64,000 nt of DNA from Candidatus Altimarinota bacterium (GTDB lineage: Bacteria > Patescibacteriota > Gracilibacteria > UBA1369 > GCA-2718715): contig JBESAV010000001.1 in the NCBI GenBank assembly GCA_041242255.1, positions 480,001 to 544,000 on the forward strand, in the 5' to 3' direction. Of this stretch, positions 1 to 9,568 are shown in pieces. The translations under genes were made by a program, and so were the position numbers. The notes beneath the pieces were generated by a model. The model ran no database searches. It was not told where the DNA came from and was given only the letters and a program-made list of their open reading frames with translations. Numbering within the stretch: the first letter of the stretch is position 1; every line of letters begins with the position of its first letter.

Positions 1-310
1 GAAGTACAGCAACTCTTTCACTAACAGTATAATAATCAGTCTCATCCAACCTACTGCTAAACAGATCTGAAAATTCATCAATTTCCATCTCCCTCAACTT
101 ATGAATGTAAACCTCATCAAGAATTTTCCTTAATTCCTTAACACTAATCCCTTTCATCAAAAGGTCTATATCAGTAAATACATCATTATTTTCAACCCAA
201 AAGAACTCAACAGTATCTCTCCAGTCATTAAGAATATCAAAAACTTCATCACTGACCCCTTCTTTATTTGCTACCGGTATATTTGAAGACTTCAAATAAC
301 CTACTAACAT
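1..310 (-). CDS. hypothetical protein, partial (runs off the window start)
   Basis: Manual translation from ATG at 310 (an in-frame GTG lies at 328): MLVGYLKSSNIPVANKEGVSDEVFDILNDWRDTVEFFWVENND... It stays open to position 1 and has the V/E/D-rich composition of the other minus-strand genes. Confidence 0.7.
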   Translation of the reverse strand, partial: MLVGYLKSSNIPVANKEGVSDEVFDILNDWRDTVEFFWVENNDVFTDIDLLMKGISVKELRKILDEVYIHKLREMEIDEFSDLFSSRLDETDYYTVSERVAVL

Positions 311-333
311 TTCCAACTTTTTATCCACGTATA

Positions 334-1107
334 TTAATCAAAAATTTCTACATGAATTCTACTCTTGTCAACTCCAGACTGCAAGCCCATTTCTCGAACC
401 TCCTTAATCATCGCACTTCCACCACAAATATACAGGTTAGTATCAGCACTAATAATACTCTCAGAATCAAGTAGGGAAGTCACACGACCTTCAAAAAACT
501 CTAGGTTCTGAAACTCTTCTCTCATCTCAACAGATGCCTTATCTCGTGACATACAAATCCATATTTTTGCCTCAAGCTTTTTAGCAAGATCATTAAGCTC
601 AGCCAGATAAAAACCATCATTCTCGTATCTAAAACCAAAAAGTACGTTCAACTCCATCTCTAATCTTTTATTTCGTATATCCTCTAAGATACCTTTGATT
701 GGAGCAATTCCAGTCCCAGTCCCCACCAACACTGCTTTCTCTACATTATCCGGCAAAGTACAAAAACCAAAAGGCCCCTTAAACTCACATTCATCACCAT
801 CCTGAAGGTTACTAAAGTATTCACCAGCTTTACCACCTTCTACAATCTCCACACAAAGTTCAAATCTTAAACCACTTTTTCCAGCAGGTGCTGATGCTAC
901 AGAATAAGCCCTTTGTATAAAAGTTTCAGAATCAGCCGGATCAATAAATTTTAAATTAACAAACTGCCCAGCCTCAAACTCAAATTTACCTTCCACAACT
1001 TCAAACCAAACAGAGCAAACCTTATCATTTAGCCAATCAATACTTTTAACCTCAGCCACAAAATCTTCCGGTCTTACTACTTTCAAAAAATCAGGTAATC
1101 CATTCAT
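334..1107 (-). CDS. FAD/NAD(P)-binding oxidoreductase, ferredoxin-NADP reductase family
   Basis: FEAGQFV, RAYSVAS (FAD binding), GPFG, GTGTGIAP (NAD binding), YICGG and C-terminal IHVEIFD motifs. Confidence 0.9.
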   Translation of the reverse strand: MNGLPDFLKVVRPEDFVAEVKSIDWLNDKVCSVWFEVVEGKFEFEAGQFVNLKFIDPADSETFIQRAYSVASAPAGKSGLRFELCVEIVEGGKAGEYFSNLQDGDECEFKGPFGFCTLPDNVEKAVLVGTGTGIAPIKGILEDIRNKRLEMELNVLFGFRYENDGFYLAELNDLAKKLEAKIWICMSRDKASVEMREEFQNLEFFEGRVTSLLDSESIISADTNLYICGGSAMIKEVREMGLQSGVDKSRIHVEIFD

Positions 1108-1108
1108 A

Positions 1109-1594
1109 TTACATTCTTAAATACTTATCCAAATTCCTAGTCGTTATCTTTCTAGCCTCAAACTCATCTTTTACAAACTCGATCAGCTCCGCCTCAGCCT
1201 CTTCTTCCCAGTCTTTAATAGCATCTTCCACAATCCATAACTTAGCCTCACACTTGCTAATCTTCTCAAAAACTTCCTTTAAAAACTTCTCCCCAATTCC
1301 AAATACAAATATAGCATCATACTGTCCAAACTCATCTTGAAGATCATCCAATTTCTGTAATTCCATAATCCTCTGGTTTCCACCTTCCATCAAAGTATCC
1401 ATAACTTTATCATTCTTCTCATCAGAAATATCTCCAACCACTAAACTCAATACATCAAATCCAAGCTTCCTAGCCATTGAAGTTATATGCATAAAATTCT
1501 CTCGGACTGCAGGGGCAAACGGAACCGCCTCTTCTCCAAAGCTCTCCACAAACTTTTTCTGGGTAGCTACATCAATCAGCAAATATTTACTCAT
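1109..1594 (-). CDS. divergent isochorismatase/cysteine-hydrolase-like protein
   Basis: N-terminal LLIDV.TQ..F and later IFVFGI...LWIVEDAI resemble the fold; no catalytic Cys in the expected position. Confidence 0.5.
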   Translation of the reverse strand: MSKYLLIDVATQKKFVESFGEEAVPFAPAVRENFMHITSMARKLGFDVLSLVVGDISDEKNDKVMDTLMEGGNQRIMELQKLDDLQDEFGQYDAIFVFGIGEKFLKEVFEKISKCEAKLWIVEDAIKDWEEEAEAELIEFVKDEFEARKITTRNLDKYLRM

Positions 1595-2973
1595 TTCTTT
1601 CGGTTATGCCATTTTTCCGATGCCCATCCTTCCTTATTTACTTGTCTAGCTCTGGCTATTGCCAAACTATTTTCAGATACATCATCTGTTACTACAGAGC
1701 CAGCTGCAACTACAGATCCATCCTTCACTGCTACTGGTGCAATAAACTTCGCTCCACTACCTACAAACACATTTTTACCAATACTAGTTTTGTATTTATT
1801 AATTCCATCATAGTTACACATACAAGTCCCAGCTCCTACATTTGTATCCTCTCCAATCTCACAATCTCCAAGGTAACTCAAGTGCTTAGCTCTTACCCCT
1901 TTTCCAAGTTTCGAATTTTTAACTTCCACAAAGTTTCCAATTACACACTCATCACCAATCTCATTCTTACCTCTCAGGTGAGCATTAGGACCTATCTCAC
2001 ATTTCTTCCCAATTTTACTATTCTTAAGAACAGAAGAATCAATCAAGCATTCATCGTCCACCTCACAATCAACAATTCTCGAACTTCCAAATATTTCACA
2101 TCCTTCACCAATTTTAGTGTTTCCTTGCAAGTAAACATTCGGATGCATTACCGTCCCAGCTCCAACCTCCACACAATCTTCCACATAAGTACAACCGACA
2201 TCCACAACCTCAACTCCATTTTCCATCAATTCAGTCAATTTTCTATGCCTAAGAGTTTCGCAAGCAGTTGCTAACTGTGGTTTAGTATTCACTCCAATCG
2301 TATCCTGATAATCTTTAGTAAAATAAACACCAACTTCCTCTCCAGCATCTTTCAAAATCTCAACCATATCAGTCAAATAATACTCACCTTTAGAGTTTTT
2401 GTTATCAACCTGCACCAAGTATTTCCATAATAACTTCGAATCAAAACAATAAACACCAGTATTGATCTCATCAATCTGTCGTTCTTTATCAGTAGCTTCT
2501 TTCTCTTCAACAATCCTCAAAACAGTATCCGTGGAATCTTTCACAATCCGCCCATACCCAAAAGGTTCAGGAACTTTAGTTGTCAAAACAGTTGCAGCAC
2601 GATCTTTTTTCTTATGACACTCAATCATATTTCTCAAAACACTTTCCCGAAGCAGGGGAGTATCTCCACACAAAACAAGCACTATCCCATCTTCATTTTC
2701 TAAAAGCATATTTGCTTGAAGTACAGCATGAGCTGTCCCCAGTTGCTCTCTTTGCTCCACAAACTCAAACTCAGTCTTAATCTCATCCAATACTCTCTCT
2801 TTCTCAAATCCAACTACAAAAACTTTCCTCTCTACTTCTAGTTGGTCCAAGGTCATATTAATCTTCTCAACCATAGGTACTCCATTCACTTTGTGAATAA
2901 CCTTTGGTAAGCTTGATTTCATTCTAGTTCCTTTCCCTCCAGCTAAAACAACTGCAAATACTTTTTTTGACAT
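1591..2973 (-). CDS. glmU: bifunctional UDP-GlcNAc pyrophosphorylase / GlcN-1-P acetyltransferase
   Basis: LAGGKGTRMKS..PK, QLGTAHA, GYGRI, EINTG, GEYYLTD, hexapeptide repeats, GNFVEVK, HLSYLGD, NYDG. Confidence 0.97.
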   Translation of the reverse strand: MSKKVFAVVLAGGKGTRMKSSLPKVIHKVNGVPMVEKINMTLDQLEVERKVFVVGFEKERVLDEIKTEFEFVEQREQLGTAHAVLQANMLLENEDGIVLVLCGDTPLLRESVLRNMIECHKKKDRAATVLTTKVPEPFGYGRIVKDSTDTVLRIVEEKEATDKERQIDEINTGVYCFDSKLLWKYLVQVDNKNSKGEYYLTDMVEILKDAGEEVGVYFTKDYQDTIGVNTKPQLATACETLRHRKLTELMENGVEVVDVGCTYVEDCVEVGAGTVMHPNVYLQGNTKIGEGCEIFGSSRIVDCEVDDECLIDSSVLKNSKIGKKCEIGPNAHLRGKNEIGDECVIGNFVEVKNSKLGKGVRAKHLSYLGDCEIGEDTNVGAGTCMCNYDGINKYKTSIGKNVFVGSGAKFIAPVAVKDGSVVAAGSVVTDDVSENSLAIARARQVNKEGWASEKWHNRKK

Positions 2974-3020
2974 AAATTCTGGTCATAAAACGACCAAAAT
3001 TTACCATACAGATTCTATTT

Positions 3021-4277
3021 TCACAATATCCACAAGCCAGTATAACCAAAGATCAATCCAACACACAAAAGCACAACCAAACTAAATTTTGTTCTCAAAG
3101 TAGGTGATCCCAAAAATATTACAAACAAGCACTTACAAAGCATATTTGAAGTAGTTGCAAGCACCACTCCAGTTGCCGCCAGTCTTTCAGTTATCTCACT
3201 TTTAGAAAGACTAGCTAGGGTTAAGCTAATCGCATCAGTATCCACCATCCCAGACAAGCTACTAGCTATTAGCAAAGCCTCTTGCCCAAAATACTGATTC
3301 GACAAACTCACTAGTATTAAAACCAAAGCAAAAATCCCACCAAACTTCATTGCCGAAAGAATATCTACTGGATTATTTATTCCGTAGTCAGCATCCTTTA
3401 AACTGTAATTATCCTCAGAGTTTTTATTGTAAAAATAAAATCCAAATACACCAAGCACCAAAGCTCCAACCGTCATTGGGATTGCTAACCATTTAAACAA
3501 TCCAAGGTTAACAACACTCACTTCAAGCAAAACTCTCAAATACATAGCCGAAGAAGAGATAAGCAATCCAAATAAAATCGGAGAAAGCGCTTTCTTAGGG
3601 AGGTCCTTACTTAATTTACTAAAGGAAAGTGTTACAGCCGTACTCGAAACCAACCCTCCCAAAAATCCAGCCAAACCTACACCTCTCTTATATCCAATCA
3701 GCCTTATCCCCAAATAACTTAATGCAGATATACCTGCAATCAATACAACTAAAAGCCAGATATCATATGGATTAATAATCCCAAACGGGCCAACAACTTC
3801 ATCCGGCAAAAGTGGTAACACCACCACAGATATTATTATAAGCTTCAGAATAGACTCAAGCTCCTTTCTGGTTATCTTCTTTGTAAATTCATGTATATAT
3901 TCCTTCAGCGCCAAAATACTCACAAGCATAGCCGTAATAATCGACGCTAATACAAACTCACTTTGCCCAGCCAAATAACCAATCAGAAATACTATCAGCA
4001 CAGCTATTTCTGAAGTAACACCAATAGTATCGTGATTTCTGTTACTCACAAAATAAGCTGCTAACATAACAGCTGTAACACCAATAAAACCAATAAAAGT
4101 CAAAGCATCAACTCCAATCACTGAAAGCACAGCCCCTAAAAAAGAAATCAAGCTATATGTCCTTACTCCTGCGAAATTTGTAGCATTCTCCTCAAAGTTT
4201 CTTTTTTCTCTCTCAATCCCAACCAAACTTCCTAGCAAAAGCCCATACCCAGCCGCCAAAATCACAGATAGATTCAT
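3021..4277 (-). CDS. MgtC/SapB family membrane protein with DUF4010-type C-terminal region
   Basis: GIERE, AGVRTY, GVTSEIA, GGLVSSTAVT, GMVDTDAI; many TM segments. Confidence 0.88.
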   Translation of the reverse strand: MNLSVILAAGYGLLLGSLVGIEREKRNFEENATNFAGVRTYSLISFLGAVLSVIGVDALTFIGFIGVTAVMLAAYFVSNRNHDTIGVTSEIAVLIVFLIGYLAGQSEFVLASIITAMLVSILALKEYIHEFTKKITRKELESILKLIIISVVVLPLLPDEVVGPFGIINPYDIWLLVVLIAGISALSYLGIRLIGYKRGVGLAGFLGGLVSSTAVTLSFSKLSKDLPKKALSPILFGLLISSSAMYLRVLLEVSVVNLGLFKWLAIPMTVGALVLGVFGFYFYNKNSEDNYSLKDADYGINNPVDILSAMKFGGIFALVLILVSLSNQYFGQEALLIASSLSGMVDTDAISLTLASLSKSEITERLAATGVVLATTSNMLCKCLFVIFLGSPTLRTKFSLVVLLCVGLIFGYTGLWIL

Positions 4278-4311
4278 ACCAGTTTTTATATCTACTAATT
4301 ATAGCAGAAAA

Positions 4312-6453
4312 CTAGTCGTTTAGGAACTCTTCCCTCAGTAGGAAAGCTACTTTGTTAGTGATCATTCCTTTTTCCAAAAGGTCATCAATCACATTTTCTT
4401 CAATCATATGCACCCCTTTCATTGCAAACTTTTCTTCCAAACTAGTCGTTTCTTTTTTATCTTTCTTCAACCTTTCAAAAACTTGCTCCATCTTATCTTG
4501 AGATACCTCTTGGAACTTCTCGTAAATTCCAATCACATTCTTGAACGAATCATTTAAACCAAGTTTATTCTGACTACTAAGCTCTGAAATTGCATTTAAC
4601 TCTTTCACAACCTTTCTAGAGATAATCTGGAGAGCTCTGTAGTACATGAAAGAAATACTATCACTATTTTTAATTCTCTTATCATAAATATCGTAAGTTT
4701 TCTTTTCCCACCATGACATAACTCTATTCATCTCACACGCCTTACCAATAACCTTCCTAACTTCTTTATTATCCTTAAAGTCGGCAGCAGCATCAGCTGA
4801 TGCAACTTCTAAAATTCCTTTCTCGACACATTCTTCCTGCCAGTTAAGTTTAGAGTGCAATTTTTTGAAAACTACCTCATTCACCTCATCATATATAAAC
4901 AACCTTTTCAAGGCATGCTTCTCAATACCAATAGCATACAACCTCAACATTGCTTCAAAAGTCTTAGAGGATTTTTCAGCCATTTTCACACAGTTTTTCT
5001 TAGCTGATTTAAATTCTTTATCATATTTCGACTTCAACATTTTATAAACTTCATCACTGACATATCCTTTTTTATTGAAAGTTTTTAAACGAGCCATTAC
5101 TTTAGAGAACATCAAAACTTTACTCTCTTCATATTCAAGTTTTTCTACTTCGGTAAGGTCATTAATTCCTAACTTGTTCATAATTATTCCCAGTAAAGGA
5201 GCTTTCACAAAAAGAGTAAAGAATATACAACCAACAGTTATCACCGTCAGAAAATCCTTCAAACTATAAGAATAATTCCAACCTGCAACCTGCAAATCAA
5301 CTGGTATAAACAATAGCATGATTACCGCCAAAGCACCTTTCAGATCACCAAAAGCCAAGATCTTCTTCCAACTCGAAGGAATCACCTCCTCTTCACTAAA
5401 CATATTCATTGGAGTAGTCACTAGGTAAACCGCAATCACACGAGCAATTGTAACCACCAAAATAGCTACAAAAATCGGCCCTAAGAATTGTGGGTGACTT
5501 TGGAATAATTTCGCAAACAAACTCCCCATCATGATAAACACCAAGGAGTTAGCCACAAAAGCAAAGTACTCCCAAAATTTATCCATATACTCTTCAACTC
5601 TAGGAGATATCTTATACCGACCATAGTTACCAATTACCATAGAGGCAACAACTGTCGCAATAATAGAAGACACGTGAACATTGTGTCCAAGGATAATCAG
5701 CTTCGCTGAAATAATCTCTGCAAAGATAAAAGTGATATGAGCCACCACCATAGTTAGAGTTATTTCCACATTTTCATTATCCTTAATCTTCTCCAGAATC
5801 TTTGAAAACAAAACTCCGATAAATCCACCAAAAGCAATCCCTCCAATAATCATCACAAAGAAAGTTCCAAGTCCAGGAAGTATGCTTCCAGTTAAGCTTT
5901 CACCATTCCTTATTACCTCCAATAAAATGATAAAAATCGCAAAGGCAGAAGCATCATTAAACAGACTCTCTCCCTCAAAAAGCATAGCTAGCCTCTTAGG
6001 CGCCCCAAACTCTTTAAACAAAGCTAAAACAGCTACCGGATCAGTTGCAGAAATAATTGTCCCAAACAAAAGCATAGCCATAAACGGTACTTCCACTCCA
6101 AACAAACCAAGCATCCAGGTTCCACCAAAAGCAATTATTGCGGCAGAAATTATTAACCCAATCACAGCCAACGCAGAAATTGTCATCTTATTCTCCCAAG
6201 CTTCTTTAAAGTTCATGTTATATGCTGATTCAAATATCAGCACCGGCAAAAATACAAAGAACAAAAGGTCTGTCGTCAAATTAAACGTAGATAAAAAACT
6301 AAACACTGGCACACTAGAGATCGGCACCAGTAATATCCCAGCAATTACTAAAAGAACTGTATAAGGAATTCCTAATTTCTTAGAAATAAAATAAACTCCC
6401 ATTGAAAGGAGTAGTAAAGAAAAAATCGCCAGAAATACTTGTGAAGATAACAT
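4312..6453 (-). CDS. Na+/H+ antiporter, CPA1 (NhaP/NhaG-like) family
   Basis: FLPVLIFESA, ISATDPVAV, EGESLFNDA motifs; TM domain plus soluble C-terminal tail. Confidence 0.92.
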   Translation of the reverse strand: MLSSQVFLAIFSLLLLSMGVYFISKKLGIPYTVLLVIAGILLVPISSVPVFSFLSTFNLTTDLLFFVFLPVLIFESAYNMNFKEAWENKMTISALAVIGLIISAAIIAFGGTWMLGLFGVEVPFMAMLLFGTIISATDPVAVLALFKEFGAPKRLAMLFEGESLFNDASAFAIFIILLEVIRNGESLTGSILPGLGTFFVMIIGGIAFGGFIGVLFSKILEKIKDNENVEITLTMVVAHITFIFAEIISAKLIILGHNVHVSSIIATVVASMVIGNYGRYKISPRVEEYMDKFWEYFAFVANSLVFIMMGSLFAKLFQSHPQFLGPIFVAILVVTIARVIAVYLVTTPMNMFSEEEVIPSSWKKILAFGDLKGALAVIMLLFIPVDLQVAGWNYSYSLKDFLTVITVGCIFFTLFVKAPLLGIIMNKLGINDLTEVEKLEYEESKVLMFSKVMARLKTFNKKGYVSDEVYKMLKSKYDKEFKSAKKNCVKMAEKSSKTFEAMLRLYAIGIEKHALKRLFIYDEVNEVVFKKLHSKLNWQEECVEKGILEVASADAAADFKDNKEVRKVIGKACEMNRVMSWWEKKTYDIYDKRIKNSDSISFMYYRALQIISRKVVKELNAISELSSQNKLGLNDSFKNVIGIYEKFQEVSQDKMEQVFERLKKDKKETTSLEEKFAMKGVHMIEENVIDDLLEKGMITNKVAFLLREEFLND

Positions 6454-6550
6454 GTTTAGTACTATATTTACAAAAGTCGTGAATTATCCTACAATTATCT
6501 ATTATTAAGTCAAGCAAAATATAGTATAATTAAACCAGCTAAAGAAACAA

Positions 6551-7552
6551 ATGGACGAAAACAAAAAACCAGAAATACACACAACCAGCCCACAAAAAAA
6601 TGAACCCACTCAACCAGAGGAGCAAAAGCATATCAATCTTCATATTGATGATCAAAAAGATGACCATTTTGTTCTAAATCTTAAAAATTACGATTTAAAT
6701 ATCCCAGAAAAGAAAGACCTCAAAGAAACAACTAAGCAAGCAACTTCAAAAGCAATCCAGTCAGCCAAGCAAATAACCCAAAAAGTTGCATCAGCCCCAA
6801 AGCCTAATTTAAAGAAACTCCGAAAGTTAAAGTCAAAAGACAAATCTACATCCTCCCCATTAGTCCAAAACCTCAAGTTCGTCTTCAACACAATCGCAAT
6901 CTTCCTCGTAACCTTCATTGTTCTTAACTGGGGATCATACAGCCAGGTATTCATGACTTACTACAACCAAGCAACTGGCCAAACCAGCCAAACTTTGACT
7001 GTCTTCTCCAATGAAAACAAACAACAACAAGACACAGCTTACGCAAGCTCTTCATTAGTAAATGACAATTTCAATATCCCTAAACTTACTAAAGAAATCA
7101 CCCCTCCTGGTACCAGAATCATCATTCCATCCATAAACACCAACGTTCCAGTTATTGATGTTCCAGAAGATAAACTCATCGAAAGAAATTGGACTGCTCT
7201 AGAACAAGACATTCAAAACGCCCTTAGGTCGGGTGTAGTACATTATCCAGGGACACCACTTCCAGGTCAGTCCGGTAACGTTGTGATCACAGGTCACTCA
7301 TCCTATTACCCATGGGATCCAGGTAGATTCAAAGATGTTTTCGCTGTACTTCACAACCTAAACATCGGAGATGAAATCATCATATTCCACAAACAACAAA
7401 AATACACTTATCAAATTACAGAAACTAAAAAAGTATTCCCTTATGAGGTAGACGTCCTAAACGACTTCAATGACGACAGAGTTACATTAATAACGTGTAC
7501 TCCAATAGGAACAAACCTTAAAAGACTTATCGTAACTGCTAAACCAGTCTAA
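6551..7552 (+). CDS. sortase (class D/E-like)
   Basis: Single TM, then GVVHYPGT..PG..GNVVITGHSS, TLITCTP and RLIV (His-Cys-Arg triad). Confidence 0.93.
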   Translation: MDENKKPEIHTTSPQKNEPTQPEEQKHINLHIDDQKDDHFVLNLKNYDLNIPEKKDLKETTKQATSKAIQSAKQITQKVASAPKPNLKKLRKLKSKDKSTSSPLVQNLKFVFNTIAIFLVTFIVLNWGSYSQVFMTYYNQATGQTSQTLTVFSNENKQQQDTAYASSSLVNDNFNIPKLTKEITPPGTRIIIPSINTNVPVIDVPEDKLIERNWTALEQDIQNALRSGVVHYPGTPLPGQSGNVVITGHSSYYPWDPGRFKDVFAVLHNLNIGDEIIIFHKQQKYTYQITETKKVFPYEVDVLNDFNDDRVTLITCTPIGTNLKRLIVTAKPV

Positions 7553-7917
7553 AGATCATCAAGCTCAGCCATAAGTTTACTCTCAAGCTCTTTTTCTTGA
7601 GCTTCATTGGCTTCTTCGGCATTCTCAAGTTGTTCCATTTTTTCTTTTCTAGCTTTTTCAATTCTTTCAGCTTCTTCAGCTTTTTCAATATCTTCAACTT
7701 TTTGACTATAGTATGAATCAATCTCAGCAAGTTTTTTTCTTTCATTGTCCAAAATATCATAAAGATTTTGAACTTGCTCCGGAGTCATAATCGGCAGAAG
7801 ATCTACCCAGTACTGTCTTTCCTCATCATTCATCGACTCAGTCTTCATAATCATCTCTATCAGTTCAGGATGTTTCTGTTGAGCGTCATCTGAAACAATA
7901 ACTTTATTATCGGCCAT
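7549..7917 (-). CDS. hypothetical helical/coiled-coil protein (paralog of 16219..16866)
   Basis: ORF with its own extended -10 (TGGTATAAT, 7948-7940); aligns by eye with the C-terminal half of 16219..16866. Confidence 0.8.
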   Translation of the reverse strand: MADNKVIVSDDAQQKHPELIEMIMKTESMNDEERQYWVDLLPIMTPEQVQNLYDILDNERKKLAEIDSYYSQKVEDIEKAEEAERIEKARKEKMEQLENAEEANEAQEKELESKLMAELDDL

Positions 7918-7940
7918 GCTAAAATATTAATTTCTAATTA

Positions 7941-9098
7941 TTATACCACACTTATTCCTTTCGAACCATACAACTCTTTCCTCATCTTAATTGCAAAGTT
8001 TGTCACACCATCGATAATCTTCTTATCCTTTAACATCTTAAGACGTCTCATCGCCCAAGTGCCTAGCGGTTCACCTTTAGCTATCTTTACAGCGTTTCCT
8101 AGCCCCATGTTGTGTGCTATGTACAAGTAATCATAAACTTCATAAGTTTCAGCCTTTCTTCCTAAAGCTCCTTGAAGACTTTTAAAGTTATCAGCAGTTA
8201 GTTCCATGGTCATATAACTTTGCATTTCACTTCCAAATACAAGTTTTTCTACCCCTTCTGGCCAAATCTCTCTGTTTTTACGAATCTCTTTATTTTGTTT
8301 GAAAAATCTTTCAGCCCTATCTACAGCTAACTTATCATAATCCTCTCCACGTCTATCCAGCTGTTTTGCTGCAGACTTAAGTCTTTTAGGTAGGTACTGT
8401 GTCATATGTTGCCCAAAACCAGTCGCTCCAGATGAATTCCAAGCCATCCTTTTAAAGGAAGACTCTTTCTTGATCACCCCAAGTACATAAGGAATATAGA
8501 TATCTTTCTGCATTCCGTAGTCCTCACATGCTCTACCAATATCCCTTACCAACTCAATAAACTCAGTTTTATCGAGCTGTTTATTAATACTCTTTTCATC
8601 ATTATACAAATCCAAAACACGCTTCGCATCAGGACCTCCATCTTCTTGAATCTCATTTAACATATCCACATCTTTCTCAGTAATTTTCTCATACGATCCA
8701 ACTTCCACACCCTTTTTGTTTTTATAATAATCATCAGCAATAGGTGATATCTCCTCATTTGAAACACCTTTGTGTTTATAGTCTTTCACTTCATCCAAAA
8801 ATATCCATTTATAAATACCTTCTAAGAAAGGATACGAATCAATAGCCTCAATCCCAATTCCTTTCACGATATTTATCGGGTCATCCAAAATATCTTCCAC
8901 AGTAATCCTTTCATAGATATGCCCATCTTTGTCCTCTCCTTCAAACACTGCAAAATCCAGAACATTTTGCTTTAGCTTGTCTAACTCCTTGCCAGCATCA
9001 CTATTTTCGATCATATCTAAAAGACCTTCTAAACCAGATTTAGTTTCATCCTTTTTCGAATCTTGAAATGATTGCCTCACAACTTCCTTACTCATCAA
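7941..9098 (-). CDS. lytic transglycosylase (SLT domain) protein
   Basis: VIKKESSF (catalytic Glu), SSGATGFGQ and AHNMGLG match SLT motifs I-III; no signal peptide. Confidence 0.8.
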   Translation of the reverse strand: MMSKEVVRQSFQDSKKDETKSGLEGLLDMIENSDAGKELDKLKQNVLDFAVFEGEDKDGHIYERITVEDILDDPINIVKGIGIEAIDSYPFLEGIYKWIFLDEVKDYKHKGVSNEEISPIADDYYKNKKGVEVGSYEKITEKDVDMLNEIQEDGGPDAKRVLDLYNDEKSINKQLDKTEFIELVRDIGRACEDYGMQKDIYIPYVLGVIKKESSFKRMAWNSSGATGFGQHMTQYLPKRLKSAAKQLDRRGEDYDKLAVDRAERFFKQNKEIRKNREIWPEGVEKLVFGSEMQSYMTMELTADNFKSLQGALGRKAETYEVYDYLYIAHNMGLGNAVKIAKGEPLGTWAMRRLKMLKDKKIIDGVTNFAIKMRKELYGSKGISVV

Positions 9099-9515
9099 TT
9101 ATATTAAAAATAAATCACCATAAGACTCTTCAAAAGTCTCCTTTTGATACTTTACAGACTGCACTAAGTTTCTTACCTGGAAAGAAGGCTTCACAAACAG
9201 AGTCTCTCCACCAGAGATGTCCATCAAGTCTTTTATCTGCCTTAATTTACTGCAGAAATTCACTGCATTTATATCCGCTTTACCTTGAACCATTTCCTCA
9301 GCTTTATCGTATTCAGCAGAATTTATAAGAGAAGACGGGTTCAAAAGATTAAAAGTACCATCATAAACTTTCTGCATAGTAGTCTGGATAAAGGTCATTT
9401 CCTCTTCAGTAAATCCTTCCGGATCAACAACCGGTTCATTCAACATTTCCTGTGTTTCCGGATCAATATCTACAACCTGATTCAAAGGTTTGTCATTTTG
9501 AAAGCTATTATTCAT
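9099..9515 (-). CDS. hypothetical protein
   Basis: 138-aa ORF abutting the next gene; extended -10 TGATATAAT at 9549-9541. Confidence 0.78.
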   Translation of the reverse strand: MNNSFQNDKPLNQVVDIDPETQEMLNEPVVDPEGFTEEEMTFIQTTMQKVYDGTFNLLNPSSLINSAEYDKAEEMVQGKADINAVNFCSKLRQIKDLMDISGGETLFVKPSFQVRNLVQSVKYQKETFEESYGDLFLI

Positions 9516-9568
9516 ACTTTGATACAGTTAATTTCTAGTTATTATATCACAAATTATATCATTATCCC

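Noticed and set aside
321-329. DnaA-box-like TTATCCAC[G/A] (also once inside the gene near 42380)
   Set aside because: Isolated single boxes with no cluster, no dnaA/dnaN and no skew switch, so not an origin.
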